Shown here piece after piece: positions 25,389 through 38,096 of a stretch of DNA of 64,000 nt. The position numbers were made by a program, and so were the translations under genes. The DNA comes from Octopus vulgaris (lineage: Eukaryota), in NCBI GenBank assembly GCA_951406725.2, contig OX597818.1:121334001-121398000 (forward strand), given 5' to 3'. Each line of letters begins with the position of its first letter. The first letter of the stretch is position 1. The notes below the pieces were generated by a model. It saw only the letters and a program-made list of their open reading frames with translations. It had not been told where the DNA came from and did not search any database.

Positions 25389-25824
25389 GGATCTTTTCGG
25401 ATTGAACGGCAGTTTTTTCTAGCGGTGTCATATGAAATTGTCACCCATAATTATGACACTAGTATCGATCTATTGCATTTCAATCTGTTTTAGGGTTAGA
25501 GTTAGAGTTAGGGTTAGTTAGGGTTAGGGGTAGGGGAAGGGTATCTTTTTTTCTTCACAAATGTAAATAAACCCAATCTGTTTCTTAAACGAGGGACATA
25601 TTCATATGGCACAGAATGTTTTTTGCCTCAAAAGACGTCACTGATTGGTTGAAATTGCAGAAATTGAAGAAAAAAACAGCAAATATCTTACAAACTATAG
25701 AATGTTCTCAATAAAGCAAAGAGAAAAAGATGTTTTATAAACACATTCTACCAGTATACGAAGTTTAAAATTTTTAGTTACCTAGAAATTATGTTAAAAA
25801 TTGCCGTTCAAACCGAAAAGATCC
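25389..25824. mobile_element. MITE with ~28-bp TIRs, 8-bp TSD and internal TTAGGG-like repeats
   Basis: GGATCTTTTCGGATTGAACGGCAGTTTTT / AAAAATTGCCGTTCAAACCGAAAAGATCC; TSD CTAGAATA on both sides (Merlin- or hAT-like size). Confidence 0.88.
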
Positions 25825-25981
25825 CTAGAATATACATGTCTGTTAAATGTTACCGTTTTTAGATAGCGTGTTCGTCTTATGACATTTTTGTAACTGCTTT
25901 TTTTCAGCAAATTAATATATATGATCGTTTTTCTGATCTTTTGACAATTACCCAATTACTATACGGATATTTAGCTTGATA

Positions 25982-26505
25982 GTGGCGTCGCAATGGTCCA
26001 GTGGTTAGAGCAGCGGACTCGCATTCGTGGGATCGCGGTTTCGATTCCCAGACCAGGCATTGTAAATGTTTATTGAGCGAAAATACCTAAAGCTCCACGA
26101 GATTCCGGCAGGGGATGGTGGTGAACCCTGCTGTACCACAACTTTCTCTCACTCTTTCTTTCTGTTTCTTTAGTACCTGTATTTCAAAGGGCCAGCCTTG
26201 TCACGCTCTGTGTCACGCTGAATCTCCCCGAGAACTACGTTAAGGGTACACGTGTCTGTGGAGTGCTGAGCCACTTACACGTTAATAAATGAGCTGCGAC
26301 TTCACTAGTGCCAAGCTGTATCGGCCTTTGCCTTTCCCTTGGATAACATCAGTGGCGTGGAGAGGGGAGGCTGGTATGCATGGGCGACTGCTAGTCTTCC
26401 ATAAACAACCTTGCCCAGACTTGTGCCTCGGAGGGTAACTTTTTAGGTGCAATCCCATGGTCATTAATGACCGAAGGGGGTCACAACAACAACAACAACA
26501 ACAAA
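25982..26505 (+). mobile_element. Chimeric SINE: OR1-like head + tail T1 + tail T3 + (CAA)n
   Basis: Single TSD ATTTAGCTTGAT at 25969-25980 and 26506-26517 encloses both tails. Confidence 0.85.
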
Positions 26506-26521
26506 ATTTAGCTTGATGAAT

Positions 26522-26874
26522 ATTGGTTTCAAATTTTGGCACAAGGCCAGCAATTTCAGGAGGAGGGGTAAGTTGATTATATTGACTTCAATGCTCAACT
26601 GGTACTTTCTTTGCCGACCCTGAAAAATGAAAGCAAAGTCTGCCCCGACAGAATTTGAACTCAGAGCCTAAAAACGGACGAAACGCCACTAAGCATTTTT
26701 CCCTGCGTACTAAAGATTCTGCCAGTTCACCGCCTTAGTTTGATGTAATATTCTTTTCTACTATAGGTATGAGGCCCGAAACGTTTGGGTACTTAATTTA
26801 TCGACCCCGAAAGGATGAAAGGCAAAGTCAACATCGGTGGAATTTGAACTCAGAACGTAAAGACAGACGAAATA
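26522..26874 (-). mobile_element. Two family A SINE copies (one older, one truncated)
   Basis: GAATTTGAACTCAGA motifs; ATGTAATATT flanks the truncated copy. Confidence 0.8.
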
Positions 26875-27057
26875 GTTTAATGTAATATTGATTGGTGACT
26901 CTCATCATTTTAGTCAAAAAAAAAAAAAAACAGTTTCTAAAATACTATATTTTGCATCCCACTCGAGAATGAAGAAATAATTTCCAGATTATTGTTACAG
27001 ATAATCACAGACGTTAACCATTCGATCACTAAATCCCAATATGATATGGTAAATACC

Positions 27058-27289
27058 TATTTCCTTACTACCTACAAGGGGCTAAACACAGAGAGGACAA
27101 ACAAGGACAGACACACGGATTAAGTCGATTATATCGACCCCTGTGCGTAACTGGTACTTATTTAATCGACCCCGAAAGGATGAAAGGCAAAGTCGACCTC
27201 GGTGGAATTTGAACTCAGAACGTAGCGGCAGACGAAATACCGCTAAGCATTTCGCCCGGCGAGCTAACGTTTCTCTCAGCTCGCCGCCT
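27058..27289 (-). mobile_element. Family A SINE, monomer
   Basis: TSD ATGATWTGGTAAATACC on both sides. Confidence 0.9.
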
Positions 27290-27379
27290 AATGATTTGGT
27301 AAATACCATCATAATTCAGGCTTCTTTGATTCAGCCACTATAACAAAAGTTTTTTGTTTTTTTTTAAATACCAAATTTC

Positions 27380-27690
27380 GTGCTACATTGAGTGTCTAGT
27401 CAACAAGCTAAGACAGCGTCTTAGCTTTGCAAATGAGGAGAAATTTTCGTCTGATTTAGATAATACTGAATGTTGTTTAGTATATATTTCAAATATTGTA
27501 TGGGGTTATGTATTCCGCACAGAACACTTAGATGGCTTTCCGAACCAGAAACTATGGATTCATAAAAATATCAAACAAAACTGGAAGTACGCACGATTGC
27601 TAACCGTTCAGGTGTGTCAAATCCACTGAGCGGCATTTCAAAAAGAAGTCAGTAAAAGAGACTTTTGCTGTTTAAAAGAAAGGTTGGAAA
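27380..27690 (+). pseudogene. Possible decayed hAT transposase C-terminal (dimerisation) fragment
   Basis: KYARLLTV followed, after a frameshift, by STERHF, resembling the hATC LLTxPxSxxxxERxFS motif; weak. Confidence 0.3.
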
Positions 27691-28051
27691 ACATCACACA
27701 CTACAAAAAATAAATGAACAGATAAAGTAAAGAAAAAAAAATCATTTGATACAAAAAGATAATCACTTAAAAGAAAGAACAGAGGGCTATAAGCAACTCC
27801 ATGTAATAAGTGCTTGTTATAACAATTTTGTAGTCAGGAAGAATAAAGAAACCGGATTTTATTCTGGGAAATGACAACGCTCTCAGATTCAGGGATGGAC
27901 TGAAAAATATATTTACATACTACAACCTTTCGTAAGATGAGGGTTTCGAAGATTATTCCAGCCTAAGTAATCAAGAGAATTTGTTTCACAACATAACTAC
28001 ATGTTGATATTCAATCATGTCTCATTCCTTTCGTAATTTACCGTACACAAA

Positions 28052-28608
28052 AAGGCGGCGAGCTGGCAGAAACGTTTGTACGCCGGGCGAAATGCTTAGC
28101 GGTATTTCGTCTGCTGTTACGTTATGAGTTCAAATTCCGCCGAGGTCAACTTTACCTTCCATCCTTACGCACTAGGGTCGATGTAATCGACTTAATACCT
28201 ATGCCTGTCCTTGTTTGTCCCCTCTATGTTTAGCCCCTTATGGGTAATAAAGAAATAGTTATTTCGTCTGCCGTTACATTCTGAGTTCAAATTCCGCCGT
28301 GGTCGACTTTGCCTTTCATCCTTTCGGGGTCGATAAATGAAGAACCAGTTACGCACTGGGGTCAATATAATCGACTTAATCCGTTTGTCTGTCCTTGTTT
28401 TTCCCTTCTGTGTTTAGCCCCTTGTGGGTAGTTAAGAAATAGGTATTTCGTCTGTCTTTACGTTCTCAGTTCAAATTCTGCCCAGGTCGACTTTGCCTTT
28501 CATCCTTTCGGGGGGTCGATAAATTAAGTACCAGATGCGTACTGGGATCGATCTATATGACTAGCCCCCTCCCCCAAAATTTCGGGCCTTCTGCCTAGAG
28601 TAGAAAAG
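28052..28608 (+). mobile_element. Family A SINE, three-unit form with 17-bp TSD
   Basis: TSD AATTTACCGTACACAAA at 28035-28051 and 28609-28625; one head followed by three B-box/central units. Confidence 0.93.
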
Positions 28609-29218
28609 AATTTACCGTACACAAAGCATCAAAAACACTCAACCTGATCAACACATAAAATCAAGCTTAACCGACAACTCTTGATCTCAAACTGTTTGAA
28701 TACTGATTAAACATTTACTACACGCTCCAGTATTAATTGCACTTGATAATGCATATTCACACAGCGACACGTTTCAAATACAGGGTAGGCCAAAAGTTAC
28801 GCACCAAAACATTTGGCATTTATTAATACAGACATACCTCACCCTACGTCGTTAACTGGTTCCAGGAGACATGATTAAAGTCGTTTTTCGACTTAAATCA
28901 AATTAACTTGTCTCTATGCTAGGCTAGGCTAGGTCGAATTTACTTGTCTCTAGGCTACACCGATAATAACCATTCCCAGGCCTGTACTTTATTTATGAAT
29001 GCTTTTTCAACAACAGCTTACAAATAATTTTTAAAAAGCTTACAAATAATTTAAAATTTTTAATACAGTGCAGTAAAAAAAAAAATTGGTGGTGTTTACC
29101 GTACATCGCGGACGCTTTATTTATGAATGTAGTTTGCAATAAGACATGGTAAAATTAAAGCCTTTTTTAAGCCTAAAAAATATATCCAGTTATTATTTTG
29201 TAATTGTAAAAAAAAATG

Positions 29219-29390
29219 CAGTTCTATATTTAAGAGATGAGGAATTATGTACATTATTTACATTATCAACATTTGACGGATATTTATCCTCATCTTGGTT
29301 GTTGTTAACTCAACGTTTCGGTTGATATACCCTCCAGCCTTCATCAGGTGTCTTGGGGAAACTTCGAACCTAGGTTCTCATTCCCTAAGG
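29219..29390 (-). mobile_element. Family E single arm
   Basis: CAGTTCTATATTTAAGAGATGAGG...GGTTCTCATTCCCTAAGG, homologous to 61691-61870. Confidence 0.85.
29306..29354 (-). ncRNA. Minimal type-I hammerhead ribozyme motif (PLE type)
   Basis: GACAC-CTGATGA-AGGCTG(N10)CAACC-GAAAC-GTT-GAGTT: intact core, palindromic ACGT stem III, one mismatch each in stems I and II. Confidence 0.7.
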
Positions 29391-30720
29391 TTCTCATTCG
29401 GGGGAGAGGATGAGTCGATTTACATCGACCTTAATGTCAAAGTGGTACTTATTTCATCGCCCCTGAAAGGATGAAAGGCAAATCTCGGCGGGATTTGAAC
29501 TCAGAATGTAGAGACGGACGAAGTGGCGCTAAGCATTTTCTCCGACGCGGAAACGATTCTGCCTGCTCACCACCTTAGTACACTGTATTATTATTGCTGT
29601 GTCTTTAATTGTTTATCTATGTTATCTTTGTCATCTAAGCTTTTATATTTCGTCTTTCAGCTCTATCAAGATATATTTCAATACATGTACCTCGCTTCAG
29701 CTTTTGATAACTCATATAATTCTATTCCATTCTATTTTAGTTTAGTCTATTTCATTAGACTTAAAAATCTATTTGGAGTATCTCATCTGTAATATATTAA
29801 TGAATCAAATTAATGATTCAGTCCATGTATTTCTATTTTGTTTTGTAGGAGGTTGTCAACCGAATAGCCTTACTCTAATTAGAGAAAGAAGACAGAATAT
29901 CAATTTAATTATATATTATCGTGATGCTTGATTCCCATTCATTCAACATACAATTATACGTACGAAAACATTAATTGGAATCTATAGCAATAAAAATACA
30001 CACGTATGAACGTGGGAAAATAAGCTTAAAAGGTTTTCGATGGGTTGTTAATTAAGTACCGAGGATAGATTAAGTCGGAATTGAAAGGACGTCGGACTCA
30101 AATACTTTACGTTATCTGCTTAAATCTTGTCATGTCCTCATTTAAAATCCCGCGTGGTTCGACTTTCTGGAGCGAGATAAAATTAATACCAGCATGCATA
30201 AGGTTGAGGTTATCTATCTGCATTAGAAAACATCCAAAATAATAACACCAGCGCGGGAATAAAAGCGCTTGGCCTAGTAGTCAGGAGTGTTCGGCTTATG
30301 ATCAATTCCTAGCTAGGTTCAATTCCTGGACTAGAGCAAGTTATTTCATTTCATGGTACTCCAGTCTCTGCAGCTGCTATGAGTAGCAACAAAGTAGTGG
30401 TGCATATCTCTCTCCTTCCAGCTGTTACATCTTGTATGTCCAAGGTGAAGGGGCCGAGAGGTTGTCTTTTTTTCTCGCACCTGCATAAACTAGATTACTT
30501 AACTTTTGATTTGAGTATGAAATATCTCCTCTTACACATGGAAAACAAAATTCATTACCAAAACCTCTAGCTTAACCTTCATTTTAGTGACAATCGAAGT
30601 CGTATTTTTAATTTGATATTTTCTCTCTTCAACCTTTAATATTACAAAATTCGCATGACCTTTTTTTGTTCAATGTAGTATTTCTTCTGCTTGAATTTCT
30701 TTGCCAATTGTTATCTCTCC

Positions 30721-30781
<61 letters not shown>

Positions 30782-30802
30782 CAGCAATAAAAATAATAAT
30801 AA

Positions 30803-31053
30803 ATGCGCCCATTTAAAGCCTAGCCAGGCTCATGGGCCCGGTTTCCAAGTTTCAATGGCGTATGTTTTCCCCAGCTGGACAGAACGCCACTCCATCGCAG
30901 CGCTACTCATTTTTGCCAGCTGAGTGAACTGGAGCAACATGAAATGAAGTGTTTTTGCTCAAGAACACAACGCGTCGCCCGATCCAGGAATCGAAACCAC
31001 AATATTACGATCATGATGCTGACACCCCTAACCACTAAGCCACGCGCCTCCAC
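30803..31053 (-). mobile_element. OR2-like SINE with tail T2
   Basis: Head GTGGAGGCGCGTGGCTTAGTGG, CORE-like TTCTTGAGCAAAA, tail shared with 17721 copy. Confidence 0.88.
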
Positions 31054-31469
31054 CGGTACCAATAAACACAATACTAATTGTGAATGACCAGAGGACTCTG
31101 AATCTCCTTGCCCTTTCTTCTTCATTTGTTTCCGCTTGGAAATCCTAAAGTTTACTTATCTTACTTATCTTACTCTTTCCTTTCAAGATTGTATCCACAT
31201 TAATATTTGTTTCTTTATTGCCCACAAGGGGCCGACAAAGAGGGGATAAACAAACATATGGGGGCATAGAACAATTAGAAAAAATATAAAAATAACGTAT
31301 GATATAATGAATAATAACGAAAATGATACATGGAAATGAGCTACTTGCCCCACCTCAAGCAGCCTCACCTACTTCCTTCGAATCCTGAGTCTTTCAGTAT
31401 GTTTATGCTGAAGTTTTCAATCAGTTCATATTTTATATTATCCGGTATTTCTCTTATTTACTTACTCAT

Positions 31470-31850
31470 TTACTCATTTACTTGTTTCAAGTCATTTGAC
31501 TGTGGCCGTGCTGGAGCACTGCCTTTAGTCGAGGAAATCGACCCCAGGACTTATTCTTTGTAAACCTAGTACTTATTCTATCGATCTCCTTTCCTGAACC
31601 ACTAAGTTACGGGGATGTAAAAACACCAGCATCGGTTGTCAAGCGATGTTGGGGAGGACAAACACAACACACAAACATACACACATATATATACATATAT
31701 ACGACGGGCTTCTTTCAGTTTCCTTCTAACAAATCCACTCACAAGGCTTTGGTCGGCCCGAGGCTATAGTAGAGGACACTTGCCCAAGGTGCCACGCAGT
31801 GGGACTGAAGCCGGAACCATGTGGTTCGTAAGCAAGCTACTTACCACACA
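31470..31850 (-). mobile_element. Family B SINE
   Basis: Collinear with 42706-43100. Confidence 0.9.
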
Positions 31851-33400
31851 ATTATGTTAATTTTCCAATATGAAAATCCACCCTTGTATTCTTTTATCTC
31901 TTTCAACCGACTCTCAGGCACCAAAACGCATGTTTGTCATCATTCTACATTTGATTTTCCTTCTAAGTTCGCAAATCTTATGTTCTTCCAACTTGTTGCT
32001 TTACTCACCAAATCCATATTTACGCCTTTCTACATAAAACATACATAACAATTGGGAGAGGAAGTTTGTAATTTCGTGTGCGTCTGCGATTCTTTTTTCT
32101 TTTTATTTTGTGCCAGCGGGGAATGGGTGGGTTTGGCGTCTGGAGGGGGAGTGAGAGGGTATGGGTGGTGTGAGTATGGGTTGGGGTTCCCATTAATCCT
32201 GACTTCCTCTCTTTCTCTTCCTCTGTTTCCTTCCTTCTACCACATTCAACGTTTCTTCCGCTTTCGATTTTGTTATCTCTTCTATCTGCTCCGGTTCTTT
32301 CCGGGCTCCCTCCTGATTCTCTTTATTTTTCGAAGGGCAGTCCGCTCTAATGTGACCCTTTTGTCCACCTTATAAGAAGCATTTCTACTCTAGTAGTTTC
32401 TTTATTATCGAAATAGCTTATGCAAATATCTTCTTGCTTTCCTGACAGACACAATCTTAATTCCATTAGATGTTTTGCTGATCATTTTATGCTTCTTTTG
32501 TGAGATAGCTTCTCATGATGATTATATTTCTCCTTCTTTCTTTCAACAAGCTAAATTGTTGCTTGAGACCTATTCAATTCTGCATAGCTTCTGTCATATT
32601 ATGAGTTATCTATGAGGGTGCGTAGCTCAGTGATTAGGATGTTGCGCTCACGATCGCAAAATCATGGTTTCAATTCCCGAATCGGGCACTATGTGAAATT
32701 CGAAACAAACCACTTCATCCCACGTGTGTTACACCATTCATCTATTCTGCAAAATCATTTCGATGGAAGGAGTGAGATAATGTACAGTACAAACATTTAA
32801 TCAGCATTAAAAAATCATCTGCACAGGTTCTTCAGCAAGAATTTGCAGAACCATCCTCTATCGTCTAGGTCAGAGATTCCATCATAATTAGAAGTCTCAT
32901 AATGCTTAGTTATCTTAAAGGACCTTGTTAAAATTTCATTTTTCCTTTGAGTTGTTTGGTTTCGAAAAGTCAGTCCTACACAGAATTTCTATCAAAGCTC
33001 ATCTGTCTTAGATTTAATTAGTTTTTTTGGTTACCATGAAATAAAAATGTTTACATGAATTCTTAAAGGAAAAATATAGCACTAATTAATGAGATTCTTT
33101 CAGTTATATTTTTACAGAAATTAATATCTTATTTTATAATAAGCTTCTACCGCTCTCCTGATCGAATATGAAGTATGACGTTTATCTTCTTGATGTTAAT
33201 AGCTTTAATCTCAAAGTATTTGTAATAGTATAAAATTACTACACCTTTCTGTTTTAACGTCTATGACTTAAATTATTAATGAGGGTGTAAGGAATGTGAA
33301 ACTAATATCAGAAAGAACATTCAACTCCTGCTTATGAAAATGAATAAAGCAACTCTGAAAGTGTTGAGCTCAACACAATCTAGCTGAATCTATCTATAAG

Positions 33401-33812
33401 TTGGGTTGTCCGGAAAGTTCGTGCCGATTTTTAAAGGAAAGAAAAAGGTCAATAAATACTGGCCATTACATTTTTTATCAACCTAATACGAACCATTTTG
33501 TTGCACAGTGCGTTTCCATCTTTCCTTTCACTTGAAAATACCTTCTTTCCAGAATTGAGATGGTTTCATGGCAAAGAATTCATCAAGGTATCTTCATCAA
33601 GTGCCGAAAATGAACTTTCTTATCTTTCATTTTAAAAGGTTACATAATTAACACATGTTATAGGAACATAAACCTTCTTCCAGGAAAATATAGCTTAAAC
33701 TGTGCATTAAATGGAGGTGTAGTCAAATCCTATTTTATGGACTCAACCATGTTCTAAAATAAGTCGAAAGGTAAGCTACTATAAATCGGCACAAACTTTC
33801 CGGACAACACAA
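33401..33812 (-). mobile_element. Mariner deletion derivative
   Basis: TIRs TTGGGTTGTCCGGAAAGTTCGTGCCGATTT / AAATCGGCACAAACTTTCCGGACAACACAA; internal LDEFFAMKPSQFWKEGIFK*KERWKRTVQQNGSY matches a mariner transposase C-terminus. Confidence 0.9.
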
Positions 33813-34436
33813 TAATATACAATTTAAATTTGAGAAGACTTCAATGACAAAGTATAGCAAAACCTCTCTGGTTTTGATTAATGGTGTTGTTGTTTATTTA
33901 CAGGTCAATCTGGATTGAGCGAATCTATGAACAAAAGTATTTCAGCTGTTGGTGTATATTTTTGTATGTCTAGGATTACGTTGTCCACTGCATTCTTTTA
34001 CTTTTAAGATAATAAGGTGTAATGGGAGGGAAGCTTTGGTAGTTATTTTAGCAGGTCGTACAACAACCAAAGCCTCTTCTGTTGGCTTCTATGAATAAGA
34101 TTGTTGCTTTTGGGTCCCAGGTGAGTACTAAAATGAGTAAACCTATGACCAAAAACCTTTTAACTTTAATCAGCACGTCTGATTTGAAGCAAGATATATA
34201 GAACTGCGTTATCCTGTGCCCCACTCCTGTTTTAATGTAGTATGATTTTGCTGGAAATATTAGCAGCTATTTCAAGCCTATTAAGCAACCAATAGAGTTT
34301 CTTTCATTGTCCCTCTTAGTTAAGTTTGATGTAAGTTACTTAGTTAATTATACTTCTAAGAAGAGACGAGTAAGCAAAGCTTCCTTTTAACGAAAATTTT
34401 ACATAATAAACTTATTTCCTGTAGTCTGCATTATAT

Positions 34437-34687
34437 TACTCTTTTACTCTTTTATTTGTTTCAGTCATTTGACTGTGGCCATGCTGGAGCACCGCCTTTA
34501 GTCGAGTAAATCGACCCCAGGACTTATTCTTTGTAAGCCTAGTACTTATTCTATCAGTCTCTTTTGTCGAACCACTAGGTTATGGGGACGTATACACACC
34601 AGCATCGGTTGTCAAGCGATGTTGTGGGGTAAAAACACAGTCACACAAACATATGCATACACACACACACGCGCGCGCGCGCGCGCG

Positions 34688-34786
<99 letters not shown>

Positions 34787-34956
34787 CATATATACGACGG
34801 GCTTATTTCAATTTCCGTTAACCAAATCCACTCACAAGTCTTTGGTCGGCCCGAGACTATAGTAGAAGACACTTGCCCATGGTGCCACGCAGTGGGACTG
34901 AACCCGGAACCATGTGGTTGGTAAGCAAGCTACTTACCACACAGCCACTCCTACGC
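34437..34956 (-). mobile_element. Family B SINE with expanded internal (CA)(CG)(TA) microsatellite
   Basis: Full length; internal repeat ~34655-34794. Confidence 0.92.
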
Positions 34957-35956
34957 ATTATTAAGGAATATGGAATATTTGTAAAGTTCCGAAATTCTTC
35001 TGTTCTAATGTTATTTAGATTAATCATAGATTAAAATATAATCAAGATAATTAAATTAGGCACAGGTTGTTCACATCAAGTTTTACTTACAGATTGAGGT
35101 TTCTCAAGCGTTCGCATTCAATTTTTTTTAGAAATTAAACATTTATTCTGAAGTTTTATGTTACCTGAATCCTAAATTTACTCAGTTCTCTTATCGAATA
35201 TAGAAGATAAATTTTCAATGTTGAATTCTCATTCCAGATGAGAAGTGACCGCTGCTAGTGAATTAAGTTAAAAGCGAGAAGAACTAAGCTTCTTTTTGGG
35301 TAATGTCAATGTTAAAACAAAACAAAAAAAAAAAACAAGGAAAGGAAAGAAAGAAAAAGACATCTCTCAACATTGAACTGAAGGAGTTTTACCAGCAGGT
35401 TTAACAAGAAACTATGAAAGACGTCAGGTACAATGACCTAGAAATAGAAACGTAAGCCAGTGTTTCCATGAAACAATGATATCTTTTGTCTGTTTTATTG
35501 CCGTCTAACACTAACTGACCTGGCGAGATGTGATCTAAAATGCTTTTGAGATAAGGAGAGGGATTGTTGGAAATTATCCAGTCAGCAGCCATAAAGAAAC
35601 TATAACAAACGCAATTGTCTCTTTCACACAGCTAGTGCTAATTTACTTGTTAAGGATGGGAGCTGAATACAGTAAATATTTATCTACACTCAAAACTATG
35701 AACCAATGAAAGAGCCTTTATTAAGGGTGGAGAGACTTTTTTTAATACCAGGGGACAATTGCAAGTACATAAGAAAATTGGAAGTGTATCGCTTCTGTGC
35801 TCAGAAAAATAATGAATCTTTGATTTTATCAATTCAAATGCTTTCAACTTATATTCAGTTACTGTTCGGATGATTTTAACGTTTAAACCGTTCTTGCCAT
35901 ATTTTCTTCCTTTTATAGAGGCATTGTTACCTGGTGGTTTCAGGGTCTTTTTGATC

Positions 35957-36154
35957 TGCTTCAGTCATTAGACTGCGGCTATGCTGAGGTACTTCCTTGA
36001 AGAATGAATCGACTCCGGTACTTATATTTTAAAGCCTAGTACTCATTCTATCGGTCTCTTTTGCCGAACTGCTAGGTTACCGGTTCGTAAACACACCAAC
36101 TCCGGTTGTCAAGTGGTTGTGGGTGTGGGCAGAAACACAAAACAAAAACACACA

Positions 36155-36215
<61 letters not shown>

Positions 36216-36244
36216 GTCTGTCTGTCTGGCTCCGTCTCTGTCTG

Positions 36245-36330
<86 letters not shown>

Positions 36331-37140
36331 TGTATATATATACACATACACATAAATTCCACACAGCCTTGATTTTGTTGTCTCATTATATATGTATGTA
36401 TATACCCATATATATATACATACGCACACACACACACACACATATATATATACAAATATTAAAAATGAACAATCTTGCTTGCAATGTTACACAGCCAAAC
36501 TGGCGCATAAGGGGAAAATACTCTGAATTAAGGTTTTCTCTGAAATGTGAATAGAAACGGAATAAAACAAGTTTCGCGTAACTCGGACAATTGGTTCTTG
36601 AGATATTGGGGTTTTGAGGGTATAAATATCCAGAACGCTGCATAATGGGAAATACTTCGAAAATAATATAACCCCGAAAGGGTAGAAACTCTAACCATTC
36701 GATTAAACACATTAGTGACTTTAACTTGCCAACGAAAAAAATACGAGTTGCTTTTTACAGTAAATGTTTCTGTTTTCGCTTTTTTAAAACACAATATTTT
36801 AATCAATTATTTTAATATTTTTAAGTGAATGTGATTTCAAAAATGTAAGTTGTTTGTACGGTAAGTATCTATATTTTAGCTTTCTTTAAACAGAGAATAT
36901 TTAATTTTTTCCAGTGAATACCAGGTCACAAATATTTTTGGCATATTTAATAAATATTTTAATGTGAAAATACAGTAAATATTTCGTAAAAGACCCGTTC
37001 ATAACCTACCAAATCCACTCAGAAGGCTTTGGTCGGCCCGAGGCTATAGTAGAAGACACTTGTCCAAGGTGCCACGCAGTGGGACTGAACTCGGAATCAT
37101 GTGGTTGGTAAGCAAGCTTCTTACCACACAGCCACTCGTA
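35957..37140 (-). mobile_element. Family B SINE split by microsatellites and a Helitron-like insert
   Basis: Tail half at 35957-36150, head half at 37005-37140. Confidence 0.75.
36452..36930 (+). mobile_element. Non-autonomous Helitron-like element
   Basis: Homologous to 54758-55060 (TTGCAATGTTAC.CAGCCAAACTGGCGCATAA); starts from (TA)n with TATTAAAA; 3' end degenerate. Helitron class is inferred. Confidence 0.5.
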
Positions 37141-37584
37141 TGCCGATATTGTTAGTAACAATAAAGTTATAAAAATCTATAGTCAAAATTTCGAGACCTC
37201 CACACTCTCATTTTTATGCATTAAAATAGATTTGGATTCTCTGCATTGCTTTTTATACACTTATTTAAAAATGTATGTGTAAAAGTCAAGCCTCATCGGA
37301 AAACGTTGAGCACGTTTATGTGCAACACTGGATAAGATATTTTTGAAGAAAACTGATAGTTACCCGTGCAGAAAAGACCGCCGACTTGGCGCCAGTCTTA
37401 TCAAAGGACTTCAATAAACACAAACACGCACACACACACTTACAAACAGACACACACAAATATATATGCATTTGTATGTCAGTATATACATTGGCTATAA
37501 GCGACTGGCATATCTTCCTGGTTTAAATTTGAAAGAGATCCAATAATAAAATGTAATTGTAGTGTAGTTCTTGTTGCTGCTGTT

Positions 37585-37955
37585 GAGCGATCGATCGAAG
37601 CGGTATTCGTCCCTTGGGAGAAGTCTGAAACGAGGTCCTTTGCTATTCGTAAGACCCGCAGAAGAGGAAGCAGGTCACCCCCCCCCCCGACTCCGAGAGC
37701 ATCGACGGATAGATGAATGCGCATCCAGGCTCAGCGGTTGCGTAGGAAGTCGGGGACAAGAAACAGGAAGAAAGTGTGAGAGAAAGTTGGGGCGAAAGAG
37801 TAAAACAGGGGTCGCCCCCTACCCCCTGTCGGAGCCTCGCGGAACATTAGGCGTTTTCGCTCAATAAACGCACACAACGCCCAGTCTGGGAATCGAAACC
37901 GCAATCCTCCGACCGCGAGTCCGCTGCCCTAACCACTGGGTCATTGCGCCTCCAC
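37585..37955 (-). mobile_element. OR1-like-headed SINE with a distinct tail T4
   Basis: TSD TGTTGCTGCTGTT at 37572-37584 and 37956-37968. Confidence 0.88.
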
Positions 37956-38096
37956 TGTTGCTGCTGTTTTTATTTTTAAAATGCATGCTTGTTCGTGAAA
38001 TTTGCCATTAAATGCAGCTGTTGTGCTATCTTCTATCCAGCAATGACATTTCAACCGCAGCTACTGCCTTTTTACTCAAACACATCATAGATATCT

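Noticed and set aside
28052-28608. CRISPR-like regularly spaced repeats
   Set aside because: Units are ~190-bp SINE modules without unique spacers; eukaryotic context, no cas genes.
28779-28810. TA-CAGGGTAGGCCAAAAGT Tc1-like end
   Set aside because: No matching second TIR found.
31636-31860. Recurrent ORF 'SARGYSRRHLPKVPRSGTEPGTMW' seen at several loci
   Set aside because: Antisense translation of the family B SINE, not a gene family.
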